A program made the translations under genes and the position numbers. A stretch of 64,000 bases of DNA from Owenia fusiformis (lineage: Eukaryota): assembly GCA_903813345.2 (NCBI GenBank), contig CAIIXF020000001.1, positions 18,538,001-18,602,000 on the forward strand, read 5' to 3'. A model generated the notes under the pieces. That model was not told the DNA's origin. It made no database searches and saw nothing but the letters and a program-made list of their open reading frames with translations. Shown piece by piece: positions 25,249 through 39,810 of this stretch (positions are counted from its first letter, which is position 1; each line of letters starts with the position of its first letter).

Positions 25249-28200
25249 CTTGGCTGACGTTGAGTCTGACACGTTGGTATAAATCATGACGTCCATTCTC
25301 AATTAACAGTAATTTAAAGCTTCCCAATTTTGAACATATGGTAGAGGCTTCTGAGGCATTAGGTGCTGGATAACCTGAAAAACATGATATGTCATTAGCA
25401 AGGTATTAACATAACAACAAATAAGTACGACAATAGTTACAGAATCAAATGTTGGGCACCTCAACAGTCACAAGAATAATCTGTTTCAATGGTAATATAT
25501 ATTCATTGCCTTGGTAACTGAAACTGCCAAAAATGTGTGAAAAGTCAGAAAATGTCTATACTTGAAAAATTTCAGGTTCATGTGATTGTGATTACATGTA
25601 ATTTTCCTTAACTTTTGCAAATGGACAGACAAACAAGCCAGTGATTGCAAAAGCGTTACCAACTTTACCATCAGGTGTTTCTAACTGGTTTTTATTGGGT
25701 GAATGTAAATTGTATTTGAACTTGACTGTATTCATGCCTTCTATAAACTGTAAACAAAGTCAATATTTCACCTGGGATATATTCGCGAACAATACCCCTG
25801 GTAATAGGAGTTATGTGCGACGTCATAATGGCAGGCAGGAGTAAGGGGGAACCATAATGAATATTTGAAACATTTTGGTGAGTTTTCATTTTTGAGTCGT
25901 AATATAGACCACAGAGCAGGTGTTATATCGATGAATACAGACCTTAGTCTTCGAAACCCTCAATTCCTTCGGTCGTTCAGGGGTATACAGAAAACATTTG
26001 TACCTAGCCCTGCAGTCTGTATTCGTCGATATAACACCTGCTCTTCAATCTATATTTCTTAATTAGTTGAATTTCATTTCATATTTGACATATAATGCAT
26101 AATTAGTTTTAACTTGTCTACTACCTCCTTCATGCCAAGATGAGATATCAAAGATTATATTTTTACGTAAAATGGTAGTTATTTTGAATTGAGCTACCAC
26201 ATTGGAAATTCCTTCTTGAGCATATAATCCTATGCCCATAAAATTTGTGTATTATATTGAGGATTCCTTCTTGAGCAGAGGTCCTTCGCAGATAAGGCAT
26301 CAAACTTCAATATCTGAATATAATCTGTCAATACTGGTAAGTCAATACTTAAGTCATCACCTGGAGGAACACTAGGATGGATCGATGATGACATTTTGCT
26401 GGCTTAATGGTTATACAACTCAGTGTCTAGAGGATTTCCTCCTCTTTTGCTAAATGAAATGTATTGCAATGTTTTGTAACAATAGGCATTAGTTTCCAAT
26501 ATTAGAATGCCAGTTTTCAAAGAAAGTGGAATTCTATTACATCCACTCCAATTCTAAAAATCCCAATTTTTGCAGAAAACAGCATTATAGTCTATTATGC
26601 AACTTTCACGTTTACACATGCCATCCTTCACACTTCTAATTTAAAAGGCCAAAAAGAAAATGTTATGAACCAGAAACAAGTCAAAGGCAACTTATTAGAC
26701 TTTAAAAGTAAAATAGGTTTAGACGAAAAATATACAATTATGACAAATTACTGTGATCTAAATAAAAGAGAACAATGATGACTTGAAATTGGAAAATTCC
26801 AATTTCACAAACTTGAAAACAGCAACTCCACGGAGTAGCAATTCCCACCGAACAAAATATGTTTTGATAAATAGTGGCCATCTTGATTATTTCTTCTTAA
26901 ACAGGGCTCCATTGTCCCTACCTATCAGCATATAAAAGTTGAACCAAATCCATTATCCATTGATAATTGAGTTATCAAAGATTAAATTTTTATATGGAAA
27001 ATGGCAGCCATTTTGAAAATGTCTTCTAGAGCAGAGTTCCATTATAGCTAGGCATCAGCAAATAGAATTTCAACCAAATCCGTCAACTGGTATTTGAGTT
27101 ATCAATGATTATTATGAAAAATGGAGGCCATTTTGAAATTTGGCAGCCATCTTGAAAATGTCTTCTTGCATGAACAGAGCTCATTTTTCTGTTTGTATGC
27201 ATTAGCATTTAAAATGTGAACTAAATCTGTCCAATGGTATTTGAGTTATTGAAGATTACATAACATTTAGAAGAATGGTGGACATTTTGAAATTCAGCTG
27301 CCATCTTGAAAATTCCTTTTCGACCAGAGCTCCAGTGTCCCTAGGCATCAGCATATATAAAATTTGAACCAAATCCATTCACTGGTATCAAAAATATTAT
27401 GTTTTATGCGAAAAATGGTGGCCATTTTGAACATAATAGCCATCTTGAAAATGTCTTCTTGAGCAGAACTCTTTTGTCTCTAGGCATCAGCATGTAAAAT
27501 TTGAACCAAATCCGTCCACTTGTATTTGAGTTATCAAAGATTACTTTTTTTACGAAAAATGGCGGCCATTTTAAAATTCAATAGCCATCTTGCAAATGTC
27601 TTCCTGAGCAGAAATCCTTTGTCTCTAGGCATCAGCATACAAAATTTGAACCAAATTTGTCAAATGGTATACAAGTTATCAAAGATTATATTTTTTACAA
27701 AAAATGGCTGCCATTTTGAAATTCAGCCGTCATATTGAAAATCTCTACTTCAGCAAAGCTCCCTTGTCCCTAGGCATCAGCATATAAAATCTGAAGCAAA
27801 TCCGTCAACAAGTATTAAAGTTATCAAATATTACTTTTTTTATGAAAAATAGCGGTCGCTTTGAATCGATCGGCAATATTGAAAATTCCTTAATGAGCAG
27901 CGGTTCTACACCAATAAGGCATAAGCCTATAAAATTTGAACCAAATCTGTCAACCTGTATTTGAGTTATCGCCAAGACACAAGGATGGACAGACGGGTGG
28001 CTTTCCTATATCCCCCTCGAACTTCATTCGGTGGAAAATTAATCTTCTTGCTTTTTTCTCTCACACTTCCTATGGTTTGTAAATATTACACAAGAACACA
28101 AATGTGTACAAAATGTCCCCACCTATGGGTGATCCCGTCAAATGGTTATCCTAAAAATGAGTAGACAAGACTTTACCGACACAATTTGAGGATGGAATAT

Positions 28201-31200
28201 CCAAAATAGCCACCTTGAAATTTACCCAGAATGCCAAAAAATTAGTGCGTTCAAGATTTTCATACTAAGAACCACCCCTGAAAATTTGAAATTGATCCCT
28301 CACACAGTTAACCAGAAAACATGTAAACAAGACTTTACAAACAAGATTTTAGGACAGAAAATCCAAAATGGCTGCCTTGACATTTATACAGAATTAGATC
28401 CAGAATCTAGATTTTCATACTAAGAATCATCCCTGAAAATTTGATATTGATCTACCAAACGGTTCACCTGGAAATGCGTAGACAAAACTTAACAGACAAG
28501 ACTTTAGGACAGAAAATCCAAAATGGCTGCCTTGACATTTACCCAGAATGCCCAAAAACTAATCAGATCTAGATTTTCATACTAAGAATCATCCCTGAAA
28601 ATTTGAAATTGATCTACCAAACAGTTCACCTGGAAATGCGTAAACAAGACTTTACAGACAAGATTTTAGGATGGAAAAATCCAAAATGGCCGACAATAAA
28701 AAAGTGAGTATGAGTTTTTGCTGATTTCTTTTTACAAAATTATCACATATAACTACAAGATTTTCATACTAAGAATCATCCCTGAAAATTTGATATTGAT
28801 CTACCAAACGGTTCACCTGGAAATGCGTAGACAAAACTTAACAGACAAGACTTTAGGACAGAAAATCCAAAATGGCTGCCTTGACATTTACCCAGAATGC
28901 CCAAAAACTAATCAGATCTAGATTTTCATACTAAGAATCATCCCTGAAAATTTGAAATTGATCTACCAAACAGTTCACCTGAAAACGCGTAGACAAGACT
29001 TTACAGACAAGATTTTAGGACGGAAAAATCCAAAATGGCCGACAATAAAAAAGTGAGTATGAGTTTTTGCTGATTTCTTTTTACAAAATTATCACATATA
29101 ACTACTGTTAACAATAACATAGGCTTTTACAACAAAGTACACCTGAAATTATCTATAAAGCTACTAAATAGTTAAAGTATGAAAACTCAAAAACACCATT
29201 CAATATGATACAAAGTATTATCGCGCGCTAACTTTTCTTAAAACATTCAAAATGGCTGACATGACTGAGCTGACAGGTCCAAAACCTAATCAGATGTAGA
29301 ATGAAGTGAGCTGAACAAGATGTTAAAGTTTCAAAAGCAAACGTGAAGGCATTTTTCTTAAAGTTTGCAGACAAGGATTTTAGCATTTGACTTCAAAATG
29401 GCCGATAGGAAGTAGGTATCAAGTTAAATTTTTTCATCTACATCTAGATGCACTCATAAGTTATCCCTGAAAATTTGAAGATGATATCTGTAGCGGTTTT
29501 GGAGAAAACTGCCGGACGTACGGACGGACAGACGGACATACGGACAGACAGACGCGCCTAGGCAGACAATATGGCCCCACACTATGTGGTGGGGACATAA
29601 AAAGAAGGAATTATTCAACGGCTTTGAGGAAAACTAAAACATTTTATTTTAATACCAGGCCTTATTAACTCAATATATTTGCCAGAAAACATTTAATGCA
29701 GATACAGTGTGTAGGTAGGGCCCTGACCAAGATGTGAATGTCTCACTTTATAACAGCCCTAGTGCAGAAATTCAACTTCATTCCAAGGGAGGTAACTGCT
29801 CCGACTGCTGCAACCATTTTCATGGGTTCATGGGTCTTTAGTTCTGGGATGTTGCCCCATACAAAATGAAGCAAGCCCCGCAAAATAAAAATTGTAAAAT
29901 AGCTTGGACACAGAGTACTGTACTGAATAGCTAATAAGTTGAAGGATATTATTATTAAGATTTGATATAATATTGAATTTGCTTCATCATATTTAATAAT
30001 AGCCATAAATTAATAATCTATTGTGAGGAATAACATATGATATAAAAACTATCAGTTGTGAAATTACCTTCTAATCTACAGAGATCTATGTGTTGTTTAT
30101 AGATCTTGGCAAAGGAAGCCTCCTCAAGTCCGCAACGTTGGAATTCTCCAATGACAGCTCGCAAAAATAACTTTTCCTGAAGTGAGGCGTTCCTAAAAAC
30201 AAAAAATATATTTACTCAAATAATAAATGAATTTCTTTCAAAGCCCAAGGGAAGAGTGGTGAGTGTATTATTGAGAAACTCTGGTACTGACCTAAATAAT
30301 CGATACCACAAAGTGATCAAGACAAAACAAGGCACAGGGTGAACAATATGGTACCTAAACATAGCAGTGTGGGCTTGATGAGATGGCCGCCAAAAAATCA
30401 GTTCTAGAATTTCTTACCACGTAACATATGTAAAAATTTGATGTAAATCCGTTAAGTGGTTTTCCTGGAATTGCAATGACAAGATTTATCTAAGAACTTC
30501 CAGAATGCAAGATGGCTGCCGAAAATTCAATCAGCTCTAGAACTTCTTACAATGTAACATGTGTCAAAATTTGAAGTACATCCATTGTGTGGTTTTCCTG
30601 GAATCGCGATGACAAGATTTATCTAAAAATTTCAAAGATAGCTGCCAGAATGCAAGATGTCCACCAAAATTTAATCAGCTCTAGAACTTCTTACCATGTA
30701 ACATGTGTAAAATTTGAAGTAAATCCGTCAAGTGGTGTTCCTGGAATCGCGATGACAAGATTTACCTAAAAACTTCCAAGATGGCCACCAGAATGCAAAA
30801 TGGGTACCGAAAATTGAATCAGCTCTAGAGCTTCTTACCATGTAACATAGGTGAAAATTTGATGTAAATCTGTTAAGTGGTTTTCCAGTAATCACAATGA
30901 AAAGATTTATCTAAAAACTTCCAAGATGGCCACCAGAATGCAAGATGGCCACCGAAAAGTTAATCAGCTCTAGAACTTCTTACCATGTAACATGTGTGAA
31001 AATTTGAAGTAAATCTGTCAAGCGGTTTTCCTGAAATTGTAATGACAACAAAGTGATATGCTGCCTGCCCATCAAGCTGACAACAAAATTGTACCTTTTT
31101 TAGGGATCCCTTAAAAAAAATAACAGAAGTAGGCTATATGCTTTGAAATTATTCCCCAGTCACCTAGACCCACCTCATGGCTACTATCTTGGGAGCAGAG

Positions 31201-34200
31201 AACATTTCTTGTATTGCAGTCTCCACATGGTTCATTCCAACAAGATTGTCTCCCTTTCCTCCACCTTCCAGCTCAGCTATTTCAGTTGACCTTCGGCAGA
31301 TGTCTAACGCACGTCTTGCATCACCTGACACTGCTGCCACCTATATGTTGAGTTTGGAAATGATGATAATATTATTCGGTTATGATTTACTTCATATTAC
31401 ATACTGTTATTGTTTTATCCATAACAAACTGGTGTGCAGATATGAAAATGAGAATGACTTTTTTCAAATCAGGAAATTAAAATCCAATAAGAGTACAGAG
31501 GGACCAGTTTTTTATTCCAATAAATTCAGACCCCTAATAATTTATGTCTTAGATTCATTAATTATTTTATCTCCAATATTGTCCCAGTTCCCATTGTTCA
31601 GTGTACCTTCCTGGCTGCCAGTTGTACAGCATCTTCTTCAAATGCATGGATATCTCTTATTCGTGACATGACAATATCTTGTAACTGCTTAAATGTGTAT
31701 GGCTGAAAGGTCTTCCTCGTCAAACCCTACAAGATGATATTTTTATGAATAGCAATGACTTGTCTAAACGTAAAACAGGTTTTGGGACGCTTCCTGTTCT
31801 TTTTTCAGAATTTTTCTTCAGAATTTTTTAACATCTGATGTTGGTACCGATCTGGGCCACAAGGTCGGTCATGGGATTGTAGAATCAGATCCCAAACATG
31901 TGCGAGTTTAAAATTCTCTATTTATGCTATACATTATACAGGGTGGATAAATATTAGATTCCTAGTGTACATGTTGCAATGATGATGTTACTGAAAGAAA
32001 AATTTAAATCCACGTACCAATCGAGAAGAGACTCTGTTCATCATGATTCTCTCAGGAAGATCCATTGTATTTGCTATTGCCAAGACAACCAGCTTAGCCT
32101 GTGGTCGTGTTGGCCAATCAAACAAGTTGTACATCACGTTCTGCTTGCGAGTCATTAGTAGATCGAGCTGCATTAAAACCAAGAAATTAATTAATTATAA
32201 TTTTTGATAGGCTCTACTAAAATTGAAGTAGTATGGTATTTATTAAAAATCTGGCATTGACGTTGACCCTACTCATCAGAGCAGCTGCATCATTGTCTAG
32301 AAAGGCATGAGATTTGAGGAAAACACAAGCATCTATTTTGTAAAAGAAAAAGTTATCTAATATTTATTTACGAAAATTTTGTTTTATTTGTTGTCTTAAT
32401 GCATATGTACTATTAGATCTGCTGGAGAGGAAACTTTTGTTTTTATTATTACTCCAATATATTCCACTTCAGAATTTTAATTTTCTTGGAATATATTTCG
32501 GTACATGCATCTTCGTCAGTAAAACAAAAAAATTAAAACTTCAATTAAAACAATAAGTTGAACTATAGATGACTTGAATTAATAACAATAAACCAGAGAG
32601 ATAATAATTTTAGAGCCAGTTTCTGCTTAAAATCAATTCCGAGTGACCCCAAAAACCAGAACCATTTACTCATATGAACAGATTTGTCACCCGGTATTTG
32701 TCAGTTCTGTTTCTTGGGAGTCACCCTGTATTTAATATCACATACATAAGGTATAAACAATTAACATTACCTCATCTACAAGTAAGATAGTTGTTTCTCT
32801 GCGTGGTGCAGGAGAACTGAATCTCTTGTCGAGTAGGCTCGCTGCATGGTCTGGGGTAGCTTTCTGGCCTGTCAAAGCCTGTAATCGTGATAAAGTACAT
32901 GTTAAGTCAAGCAACATTCTGTAAGTGAAGCTCCTTTCCATTTTAAAGAAAATTGTTACACTATTGTTGTTTTTAGCTTTCTGACATGTTAAAGCCTACA
33001 ATAGATGGGTAGCCCTGGTCAAGTCAGTCTATCAAGCAGTATTCTTTAGGTTAGGTCCCTTTCAATTTCAAAGAAAATGGTTTTGTCTAAACACTGTTAT
33101 TGTTTTTTATTTTGAGAATATATCACACTGAGAAGTCTTGCATTGGCTCACACATGCCTCCCCTATCAATTTCCAAATGAGGAATTTTACAAATAAGTAT
33201 TCTATTACATACAACCCAATAAACTATCTCATGATAGTAGTCCCCAAGTAATTCATATGTTTGAGTGCTTGGTGCAAAACTATACACACGTCTGTAAAGA
33301 ATAAAACACTATAGATGGCATATAGAGTTTACCTTTAGTAGCTGAACATGTGCTTGGTGAGGGTCAGTGAGTCTCATGCCATTTATCTCTATGAATTGAA
33401 ATTGTGGAATCTCTCCAGCCTCCACATCCTCCCTGAGGAATCTCATTACCTCCATCACAGTAGCAGTCTTGCCTGTCCCTGGGACTCCAGAAATGTACAT
33501 GCACCTACAAGGAGATCCATAAAATATGTCACTTTCTAGAAATGATACACCTATAAGGAGTCAACCATAAAGTTTCTAAAAAAATTGAAAATGACTTGGT
33601 TATGAGAGTATCTTTTTATCCACCAAAAGAGCATGTTTGGTGAAAGAATTTTATTATCAATCATAATTTATACATCCTTAGGAGTCTGAGAAGTTCTATT
33701 CTTGTAATATGGTCCTTGTGCTTCATCATTGCAATTATATTGCAATCACTATATCAGTTATCTAATTATGGTTACTTAGTTGATATTTCTTAATTTCACT
33801 GAAAATTATTTGGTGCATTTTTAGAACATGATCTTTTCAAACATTAAAGTCATCTATGAACATAATTGTTGTGTTTTGATTTTAACACAATAATTTTTTT
33901 AAACATAACTAAATGTTGTGTTTTTTAGACCCAACCTGTACATACATACATACCCTCCAGTTCCATCCATGACTTTGCTTTGAACAAAGGAATAAATATC
34001 AGCAAACTCATTTTCTCTACATGGAAGGGAGTCTGGGACAGCAGATACGTGGAGCCTCATTCTTGCTTGTTCCAAACGGCTTCCTGGTGACAACATGGCC
34101 AGCCCACGGCTTGGGATTGATGGTGTGGCAGCATCAAGTTTCTTAGATTTTCCCTGCAATACCAATGCATCACTTTTAATGATATGATAAGCTTAAATCA

Positions 34201-37200
34201 TATCATATTATTCAAATTGGCCAGGGGTCATTAAGCATCCACAATTCACAAGGTTTTTCATGAAAGGCAAAATGTGAATGATTAAATGAATCCAGGTGTA
34301 TAAGGAACATAAATGATACATAAATATGAACATAAATACAAATATCATAAACATATAGATTAGTTAATAATGATACAAAGTTTCAATACAAAGTTTCAAA
34401 AATTGAACATACTTTTGGTGTTTTCTTGCCCATGTTTACAGTTTTCTTGCGTCCTTTGACAGATGTCCATTCTGGCTCAGAATCGCCACTCTCCTCCCCA
34501 CTGGAAGATATCTCAAATTTGTCCTCAGACTCTGCATCTGAACTCTCTACACAGGCAGACCTATTATGAATTTAGATATCGTAATATTCAAGCTTTATCA
34601 GTTGTATCAAATTTTTGCTAACTGAAAGCTAACATTTTATTACTCTTTTGGGGGTTTCAGAAGGTTTGTTTACTCCAGTTGAATATTCTATAAAAAATAT
34701 AACTATGTTCAAAACCCCAAAATAAAAGACAATGGGTAAATTCAGTTGTTTCTGTCTTTGTTTGTAATACCAGTTGAGAAAACATTTGAGTTTACTTTTC
34801 CTCTAAGTCGTCCTCATCCAAGATTTTTAACTGGGTCAAAAATTATCAATTGTGTGTGCAAGTTCTTACTTGGAGACAGATTTCCTTGCATGATGTTTAC
34901 TTTTCCTGCTGGGAGTTTTCTTTGCCTTGGCTTCTTTCTCCTCATCATCAGACGAGTCTTCTTTGTATTGAGGTACTGACTTTGCATCACCTCTACAAAA
35001 CATATCATCTATTTATTTTTTACTAGTATTTGGAACAACCTATGCCACTGTCTTAATAATTAACTGAAAGCAATGTGTCATCAGTATTTCGAAAGGACAT
35101 GGAACTTCACTGTTCATTCGCTTCAAACAAATTATTGTAAGAGTGGGGAATTTTTTTAATTACACCCAACAAACATTAAGTGTAGGATCTTGATCTTATT
35201 ATTTTATCAATGTAAATTTAATAAGAGTTAATATTTTCAATAAATTTGACATGTTCAAAATCTTCAAATATTAACATCTGAAAAGACTGATCTCATCAAG
35301 TATGGAAGAAAGTTTCAAAATGCATAAAAGTTCAAAGTCAATACTAAACTATAAAAAAAAACATTTTCACCAAATTTTGAATTTAGAAAACAGGTATGAA
35401 AATGATTGCAGAATGGAAAATATATTCAAAATTCACAATTATGACATTTTGAAGTTATTTTAGCCAGCCTAACAGCTCACAACTCATTTCTAGACTGAAT
35501 GCTGTTCCTTTAAAATATGAAATACTTACTTTCGACTTCTATTCCGTGTCAATTTGACCTTGTGACTGTTAATCACCTCTGAATCATATACAACTGGTGA
35601 TTTAGTGGAACTATCTCTGAGGTTGCTGACTAAACGTCGCGTCACAGAATTCAATGGTGTTTTACTAGCTGAGTGGCGTGTTGCCCGGGTAACTAGGGTT
35701 ACACCCTCAGTCTTTGGTGTTCGACCTGATTGCACTGTGGGGAGGTCTCTGATTGGTTTAACAGATGGTGTTTTGCGACTGCAAGATCTCACAGATGATG
35801 GTTTTGCTTTAGGTATGCTATCAGCCACTGGTGTTTTGGGAGTGTTCTTGCTTTGGTTTTTATTAACCTGTGTCGATTGTTCAGTTCTACGTTTCTTAGA
35901 ATCCAAAGATGAATCAGTGTTTGAAGAAGGAATGTTTGGAGTATTACGTTTAACACAGACTGATCGTCGACTTGATCTTCTAACTGAAGAATTATCTGAC
36001 GATACACTCACAGAGTCAATATCCTGTTTAGGTTGACACACTGAACGCCTAGATGATTTTCTAACAGAAGAACCCTCAGATGAGGTTACACTGATGCGAT
36101 CATCCTCCCCTTTATATACAGGTCCAGATATATCACTATAGCAAAGACTTTCAGATTCAGAGTCAGACATATTTGCTATTATATCAGTTCTATTCACATT
36201 CACCCATTTCGCAACAGATGTTGGGCTGAGCACAATATCTGAAATAATGGAGAGACATTTCTACTACATAAACAAACTCTGAATCTTTGAATGTTTAGTA
36301 TAATCATCAACATTTTTTCCAACTTGTTTAAAATTGAAGAATCTTGCTAAAAAATTCATGAAAAAGTACATTTTCTCAATGCAAAAAAATACAAATGACT
36401 TTTTCAGATTTATATTATTTGAAATTATAATTAATTAAAACCCACCTGTTTTGTCAGAGTTCTCTTTCCCAGACTGTTTGTTGTACTTATCTTTATTGAT
36501 GGGCTTTACATTGAGTTCATTAAATGCAAGAGATTTCCTTGTCCTTGTGTTAGATTTCACAGACTCCAATATCTTTGATTTCACAATCTTTGAATTTACA
36601 GACATCACTTTGGTATCTGTTCTTGCAATTGATTTATTTGCTTTGTCGGAGATTTGTCTCTTCGCTGGGAGAGTTTTTGCAAACTCCTCTTTTTTCTCAT
36701 TCATACTGAGTTTGGGTGTTTTTGGTGCGTCTTTGATCCATTGGTATGTTGATCCATCAAACCAGCGTTGAACAAAGAAAACAGGATTTCCATTCTCTGT
36801 CTTTAATGCCTCCTCTGGTGACATCCCATGTTGACATTCTATAACCTGTAAATATAAATATATTTAAGGCCCCATCTAAAGTTTAAACCACTAGATGTGA
36901 TAATGTAACACAATATTCTTAAATTTCACGTAGTTAGCTAGTAAATGCATGTAATAATACACGTTTCCATCAAATATGAAGAAAATCAGTGCTAGAATAG
37001 TATCTGAGTTACGCTTATGGATGGACAGACATATATTTTAGCAAAAAAATTGTGTATTCAAACTTTTTTAAGTTATAGGGATGGAAGCATTTTATTGAGG
37101 GAATTATTTTATTGATTTCCTGGTTAGGCTCAAACTATACAGAATGAAATTATTATTTTAATCTACTGACTACCCAGAATGACAAGATTCCTCGTCACCT

Positions 37201-39444
37201 CAGAAATGACCTTGAAACCCAGAGGGACGAGAAAATCCGTCACAAAAGTGTTCACAAAAATTGCTCTTATTTGAACAATTTTCATCCAATTTACACAAAA
37301 ATTGTTTTAAAACATGTAGAAATGATCTCTGCCATCTAAGTATACTAAGTTGAGCATCTAAAGTTGTAAAGGTATGTAGTCAAATGTCAAAAGGTGGCAA
37401 AAATGAAAAATTCTCTGGTTTCAACCAATTTTAGAGCCTGGGATTCAAGAGGTTAATGCACATATTTATAAGAGATATTAATCTACAGCTAATAAGAACT
37501 TACCACACATTTACCCATGATGCTTTCAGCATTTAAATCAAGAGGTAAATTTTTGTTTCTATTCTCTAAAACTTCTTTTGAGTGAATCTCTGGTCGAATC
37601 TTAATTTTAATCTCATGTTTTCTCCAGAACCACTTTACGATAGCTCTTTTTCTATCCTCCTCATCTCCTTTGCTACTACCTGTAAAGAACAAATATCATC
37701 TTTATATCCTCATTTCTCTGTTGACTATCTCCATATAAGGCAGATGACCCAGTCTAATTAGCTTCCCTCCATTATCATATATGAATAGTAATTATTAAGT
37801 GAATCCATAGCATATATACTACTGTACTTGTCTAAATCATTAGCTATAACCCTATTTTCCGATGTTCCACATGTATTAGTCATATCCCAATGGCTTGATG
37901 TTAATTGTCCATTTCGCGATTCGCTCTTTGAATCGAAACGTTCGCAAATATGGATCAAATATGCACTCAAAAAGGACTAAATTTGATTGGTCAATATTTT
38001 CCCATGATGCATTTCGCCAAGCTATTTGCGTGACCCGAAGATTCTTAATCAAACTAATTACGCAAATTTGTTTTTACACCCACATGCTAAATTAAACAAT
38101 GACATCATCGGAAGTACTCTTCTTTGTCATTGATTTAATAGTCAGTATACCTAGTTTAATCAATAAAAGATTCTACAATGAACAACAAAATTCGGAAACA
38201 AGTACTATAGGTTTGCTTTTGAACCACTGAACAGATTGACCTAGATAATAGCTACGCGTCTTCTTTCGTCAACTGCTCAATTGTTTGTGGGTTTTCAACG
38301 TAACTCTATAATGTAATTTAAAGATGAGTACTTTTATTCAGTTGTTGCATCGATGTTGCAGTTTTCTCATTTTTCAGTCATAGTTTTCACCACGCTATGA
38401 ACGAATAAAATGAAAAAAAGTTTTATTAAGATTAATAAGAGATCAATCATTTCTGATAATTTTTTCTGTGCTCTCGTACGGGAATATGAATGAATATATT
38501 GTTTGAAAAATAGGTGTGACTGTGAAAATCCCCATGTTAAACCTATGGGGGAAAACAAGAAAGTATAAATTTGTTCCTTCGCGAACTGCATCATATGGGA
38601 AATATTTTGACCTTATAAGGAACGATTTTCGTATCTCTTCTTTTTTTGAGATCTGCTCAATTAGACTCACCTCTGTCATACAGATCCATGACTTGAGCCA
38701 CAAATGCCTCGGCAGTTCCAGGTTGGTCTTCATTCTCGATAAACACAAAGTCACCAACTTCAATCTTTACAGAATCAAGTTTCAATGCTCTAAAAATCCA
38801 AGATAAAAACACAAAATTTTAGATTATGTAGATCGGAGACGTTTGGCACAATCCGTGATTGATGGAAACAGATAATTTTCCCGCTAAATTTGATCAATGT
38901 GATCAAAAGGGGATATTGAACTACTATATCCGATTCTCAAATATTTTGGTCAACTTGAAAGAGGTGGGGGAGATACCCACCACAGGAATTCGTCTAAAAT
39001 GAAAAAGAAGTCAATAGAGCAAGCTTGATTTTTTTCATGCAGAAAACTAGTATCTGTGCTTGACTCCAGTTTCACTTTATAAATGGCACAAAAAGTTCTC
39101 ATATAAACTCAATTGTATAACCGATTATATTAGCTGAGAACTACTTCGTATTGACCAGATTGATATCAAGGCAGAATAGTTCTTCAGACTTTCTCAGAAA
39201 CATAAAATAGTACCATGGATCATTCATATTCCGAAACGAAAGTGAAAGTGATTTCACTTGTCCCTTTAAATTTTTGAATCAAAGAACTACGATAACTCAA
39301 GATTTCAAGAGGTTACAACAAGTACCTGTAATGTAATTGTTCCCTGAGCCTTCTATTTCTTTCCTCGCCCTTTCCTACCCAAGTGATTTCACGGTGATCA
39401 GAATCTGAAGCAAAATATTGACTTCTTGAAACTTTTTTCGCCAT
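25208..39444 (-). CDS. ORC1: Origin recognition complex subunit 1 (BAH + AAA+ + winged helix), 15 coding exons
   Basis: Exons: 39326-39444, 38671-38789, 37504-37679, 36446-36845, 35530-36238, 34870-34992, 34413-34560, 33954-34153, 33333-33504, 32771-32878, 32018-32167, 31607-31726, 31174-31340, 30068-30192, 25208-25374, all GT-AG. Motifs: BAH (VGDFVFIE...VKWF), [21 protein letters not shown], Walker [12 protein letters not shown], Walker [50 protein letters not shown]. Confidence 0.95.
26815..28042 (-). mobile_element. HINE/DINE-1-like element in last ORC1 intron
   Basis: Stem-loop GCAACTCC-AC-GGAGTAGC, subTIR TTCCCACCGAA / TTCGGTGGAAA, ~145-bp internal tandem repeats and a GGAC/AGAC microsatellite remnant. 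Confidence 0.7.
28090..29602 (-). mobile_element. HINE/DINE-1-like element in last ORC1 intron
   Basis: subTIR ATGTCCCCACC (~28113) / GGTGGGGACAT (~29588), GGAC microsatellite 29514-29552, internal tandem repeats including a ~350-bp duplication. Confidence 0.7.
30325..31120 (-). mobile_element. degenerate HINE-like element with ~145-bp internal tandem repeats
   Basis: Five units containing AATCAGCTCTAGAACTTCTTACCATGTAACATGTGT...CAAGATGGCC; A-rich flanks. Termini are degenerate. Confidence 0.55.
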
Positions 39445-39680
39445 TGTTGTATTTTTCCCGCGGTTCTTCTGAACTCTGACCTTGGTTTCAAGGTCACTTA
39501 CGTTTTAATTAATATTTCATGAAATTCTTACTTTCAAAGAGATTCTGGGATAATTTTACATATATATGTATACATAGATATCCTCACGACAATATGAACG
39601 AATGACTATCTTTATTTTTGGAGATATTTTAGTTTCAAAGTAAATAGGTCATACATCCGGGTGAGAGGATCTCAAACAAA
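39445..39680. promoter_or_regulatory. bidirectional ORC1/PRPF38A promoter region with E2F site
   Basis: 236 bp between divergent ATGs. E2F consensus TTTCCCGC at 39454-39461; CHR-like TTTGAA on the minus strand at ~39534 and ~39634; a second TTTCCCGC at 38877-38884 in ORC1 intron 1. Confidence 0.7.
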
Positions 39681-39810
39681 ATGGCGAATAGAACTGTAAA
39701 AGATGCCCACAGCGTGAAAGGGACAAATCCTCAATATTTAGTGGAAAAGATCATCCGAACACGTATTTATGAATCTAAATACTGGAAGGAGCAATGTTTT
39801 GCGCTCTCGG
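39681..39810 (+). CDS. PRPF38A: Pre-mRNA splicing factor 38A, exon 1
   Basis: MANRTVKDAHSVKGTNPQYLVEKIIRTRIYESKYWKEQCFALS, then a GT donor at 39811. Its phase fits exon 2 at 58551. Confidence 0.95.

Noticed and set aside
26250-26395. Coding-looking minus-strand stretch ([32 protein letters not shown]) in the last ORC1 intron
   Set aside because: No recognisable homology or clear splice sites, and ORC1 is complete without it. BLASTX would decide.
35605-36771. Plus-strand ORFs of 143 and 106 aa (also 31177-31671)
   Set aside because: They are antisense shadows of ORC1 exons with no independent evidence.
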